From: Woeseiaceae bacterium
GTDB lineage: Bacteria; Pseudomonadota; Gammaproteobacteria; Steroidobacterales; Woeseiaceae
Length of the DNA stretch: 64,000 nt
Direction of reading: 5' to 3'
Assembly: GCA_036350895.1 (NCBI GenBank)
Contig: JAZBNZ010000234.1
Coordinates: forward strand, 5,600-69,599
Made by a program: the position numbers and the translations under genes. A model generated the notes under the pieces. The model did not search any database. It was not told the DNA's origin and was given only the letters and a program-made list of their open reading frames with translations. This document shows positions 62,901-64,000 of the stretch, piece after piece (the first letter of the stretch is position 1; every line of letters begins with the position of its first letter).

Positions 62901-64000
62901 TTGTGCGAGCGCCGCGCCTCCTCGGCGATGTCGGCGAAGCCGTTGACGATCGCATCGTAGAGCGCATCGAAGATCAGGAGGTTCACGAACGTGCTGGTGA
63001 GCGATTCACGCAGGCTCGCGTCGAAGATCACGTCGCGCACCGTCACGTCCGCCGCAGGGATGTGGTCGACGCGTTCGGCGGGGATTTCCTCCGCCCGAGA
63101 GGCCAGCAGGTCGATCAGGCGCCGGAAATTGTATGCCGACGAGGACTTCCAGCGGTTGTAGAGATACAAGCCCAGACGGAAACAGAGATCGACGCGCGCA
63201 TTCTCGAAGTTCCGCTGCGGTTCACCGAGGAGGATCGCCGTGAGCCGGTTACGCTCCTTGTCGAGACCTTCCTTGCGCTGCCGGTAGGTCTTCAGCGCCT
63301 TTGCCAGCGAGTCGTTGTACACGATCCGGTCGGGATCGTGCAGCCAGTTGTCGAAGGCATCGTCGCGAATGGCACGCGTGCGCTCCTCGAGATCGCCGGC
63401 CGGTATCTGCGCGTTGGCGAGACGACCGTAAGTCTCGACGGTCGACGTGCGGATACGGCGATGGAGCCCGATGTAGCGCAGGTACCGGGACGACAGGCCG
63501 AACGCGTCGGGCACCGCACGGCGAGCACCGGCGAACGAGAAGGCCGACATCGACTTGACCGTCTCGAGTTCCGGCGACGGATTCAGGTTGCGCCGCACCG
63601 CCCGTTCGTACTGCCGCAACACGACGGGCTGGTTGGCAACGAAGTTGCGCGTGGCGAGCTCGATAGACTCGATCGCGCTGCAGATCGCCGCCTGCAGCCG
63701 CGCGATATCCGGCGACGGGTCTTCCGGCGCATAGTCGATCACGCCGTCGACGACGCCTTTACCGAGCAGCTCGTAGGAGGACAGGCCGACGTAGCGCGCG
63801 CATTCCTGCCACGACAGGTTGAACTTGCGGGCGATGCTCGCGAGTCCCTTCGGCTGGATCGTGTTGAAGACGCCGCTGCGAACGCACAGCAGCACGTTCG
63901 TCGCCGCCAGCGGTATCGCCCCGCCCGAGTAACCGAGGCCGTAGACGATGCCGACCGTGGCGACCTGGAGGTTGCACATCTCGGCGAGCAGCCGCGAGAT
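59966..64000 (-). CDS. Giant fused biotin-dependent carboxylase (carboxyltransferase AccA-like, long linker, AccD-like, biotin carboxylase, BCCP); the 5' end lies outside the window
   Basis: The reading frame is open through position 64000 (ISRLLAE precedes the track's Met). The AccA-like motif GLGYSGGAIPLA is at the window edge. The AccD-like block is LPLICFVSSGGMQTKEGPGAL...GGSQASF. Biotin carboxylase: GYPVLLKAVHGGGGKGIKVV, YFMEMNTRLQVEHPVTE. The C-terminal biotinyl motif is CQIEAMKMF. Confidence 0.88.
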   Translation of the reverse strand: MSRLLAEMCNLQVATVGIVYGLGYSGGAIPLAATNVLLCVRSGVFNTIQPKGLASIARKFNLSWQECARYVGLSSYELLGKGVVDGVIDYAPEDPSPDIARLQAAICSAIESIELATRNFVANQPVVLRQYERAVRRNLNPSPELETVKSMSAFSFAGARRAVPDAFGLSSRYLRYIGLHRRIRTSTVETYGRLANAQIPAGDLEERTRAIRDDAFDNWLHDPDRIVYNDSLAKALKTYRQRKEGLDKERNRLTAILLGEPQRNFENARVDLCFRLGLYLYNRWKSSSAYNFRRLIDLLASRAEEIPAERVDHIPAADVTVRDVIFDASLRESLTSTFVNLLIFDALYDAIVNGFADIAEEARRSHKISQESLHQLLDSSLASAARQVKGDAETGETGRFLAANADAFSEWIRYFVRFNGRGAFLKDVEEWKRVHFTRLSDALLVLITFMFESLIPDFLKVQEGKGSYDGTIKPTRIGKRKDFWNQLDIAYIDVLVQRVLDSHKARKLTTVEAICDRFFQDFEELDANLMTADPVSFPGFRFSVERALENGQRPCGVVTGTARLAFGPASRVGVLVSNVAFQAGAFDMASSEKLSRLLYECVENRLPLICFVSSGGMQTKEGPGALFAMAVCNDRITRFVRDNDLPVVVFGFGDCTGGSQASFVTHPLVQTYYFSGANMPFAGRVVVPSFLPSQCIVSNYLSTNPGSMRGLVKHPFAETLDQELRAIDPRIPVPTETVEDVIERIFAGALLPEAVDTSAEEPADGRALMGPIKRVLIHARGCTAVKLIRIAKQRNSAVVLVQSDPDMDSVAADMLGEGDELLSLGGQTPDESYLNAMSVFAIAERVGADSLHPGIGFLSENEEFARACRDRHINFVGPWARNMAVMGNKSNAISTAMSHDVPVVPGSHGILTSAEVTAEVAEEIGYPVLLKAVHGGGGKGIKVVRSPDEIRDVFMTVFAEAKSAFGSGDLYLEKFVESLRHIEVQILRDSHGNTKILGLRDCSVQRNNQKVLEESESVMLPADLEQAAYDHARRLADAIDYLGAGTVEFIFDLVNNALYFMEMNTRLQVEHPVTEWTTGISIVDTQFRIAEGESIESMEINRRGYAIEARVTAEKGVRDAAGNIDFVPTPGTLETCVFPEWDDVEVIATIGPGKSVSPFYDSLVAQIIAYGENREDGLRKLKAYLEAVEIKGICTNIPVLTRVLEDEVFVKGEFDTSYLPAFLRRTDTDAMLAEMEATGVSSDATSIEIDGSRELKVLSPQTGIFYATASPSDPPYVKPGDKIGVDKTLCQIEAMKMFTSVSLSSFNGDTELYPADKHYKIVRVNQSNGAQVNTGDLLFVIKPA

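Overview
GC-rich proteobacterial chromosomal segment with no tRNA, rRNA, CRISPR or transposase/integrase genes that I could see. All functional calls come from motif and family recognition by eye; no database search was run. Where the six-frame track's longest ORF carried an implausible N-terminal extension, I re-picked the start.

Positions 1-42335 are a nearly contiguous purple-bacterial photosynthesis gene cluster (PGC), laid out as follows:
- Left edge: a partial crtD-like desaturase translationally coupled to a cytochrome P450 (minus strand), with a divergent ATP-grasp + GNAT pair (plus strand).
- A minus-strand superoperon: crtE-crtF-bchCXYZ-pufQ-pufBALMC.
- A lone plus-strand crtC.
- A second, roughly 18 kb minus-strand run: bchFNBHLM-lhaA-puhA-puhB/C-acsF-puhE-bchIDO-crtB.
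- A plus-strand block: ppaA(aerR)-ppsR-bchG-pucC-like-bchP-tspO.

The window contains only LH1 (no puc genes) and acsF but no bchE, which fits an aerobic anoxygenic phototroph style cluster.

To the right of the PGC (42.4-64 kb) lie:
- an orphan HMG-CoA-synthase-family gene and a DUF72 gene;
- a tightly coupled ATP-dependent DNA ligase-Lhr helicase-Nei glycosylase operon, followed by ybjQ;
- a six-gene TonB2-type energy-transduction operon (DUF3450/TtpB-like, TtpC-like, ExbB, ExbD, TonB, TPR);
- an MBL-fold hydrolase and class I phaC;
- a very large fused carboxyltransferase-biotin carboxylase-BCCP gene that runs off the right edge.

The observations most worth a second look:
1. The P450 / ATP-grasp / two-domain GNAT island wedged between crtD and the puf operon.
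2. An apparent single-ORF PuhB-PuhC fusion.
3. Paired PpsR-type TGT-N12-ACA-like operators with an invariant 8-bp gap at three promoters, two of which look nearly leaderless.
4. The orphan HMGS at the PGC border.
5. The unusual domain order of the giant carboxylase.
6. Two unannotated small transmembrane ORFs flanking crtB.
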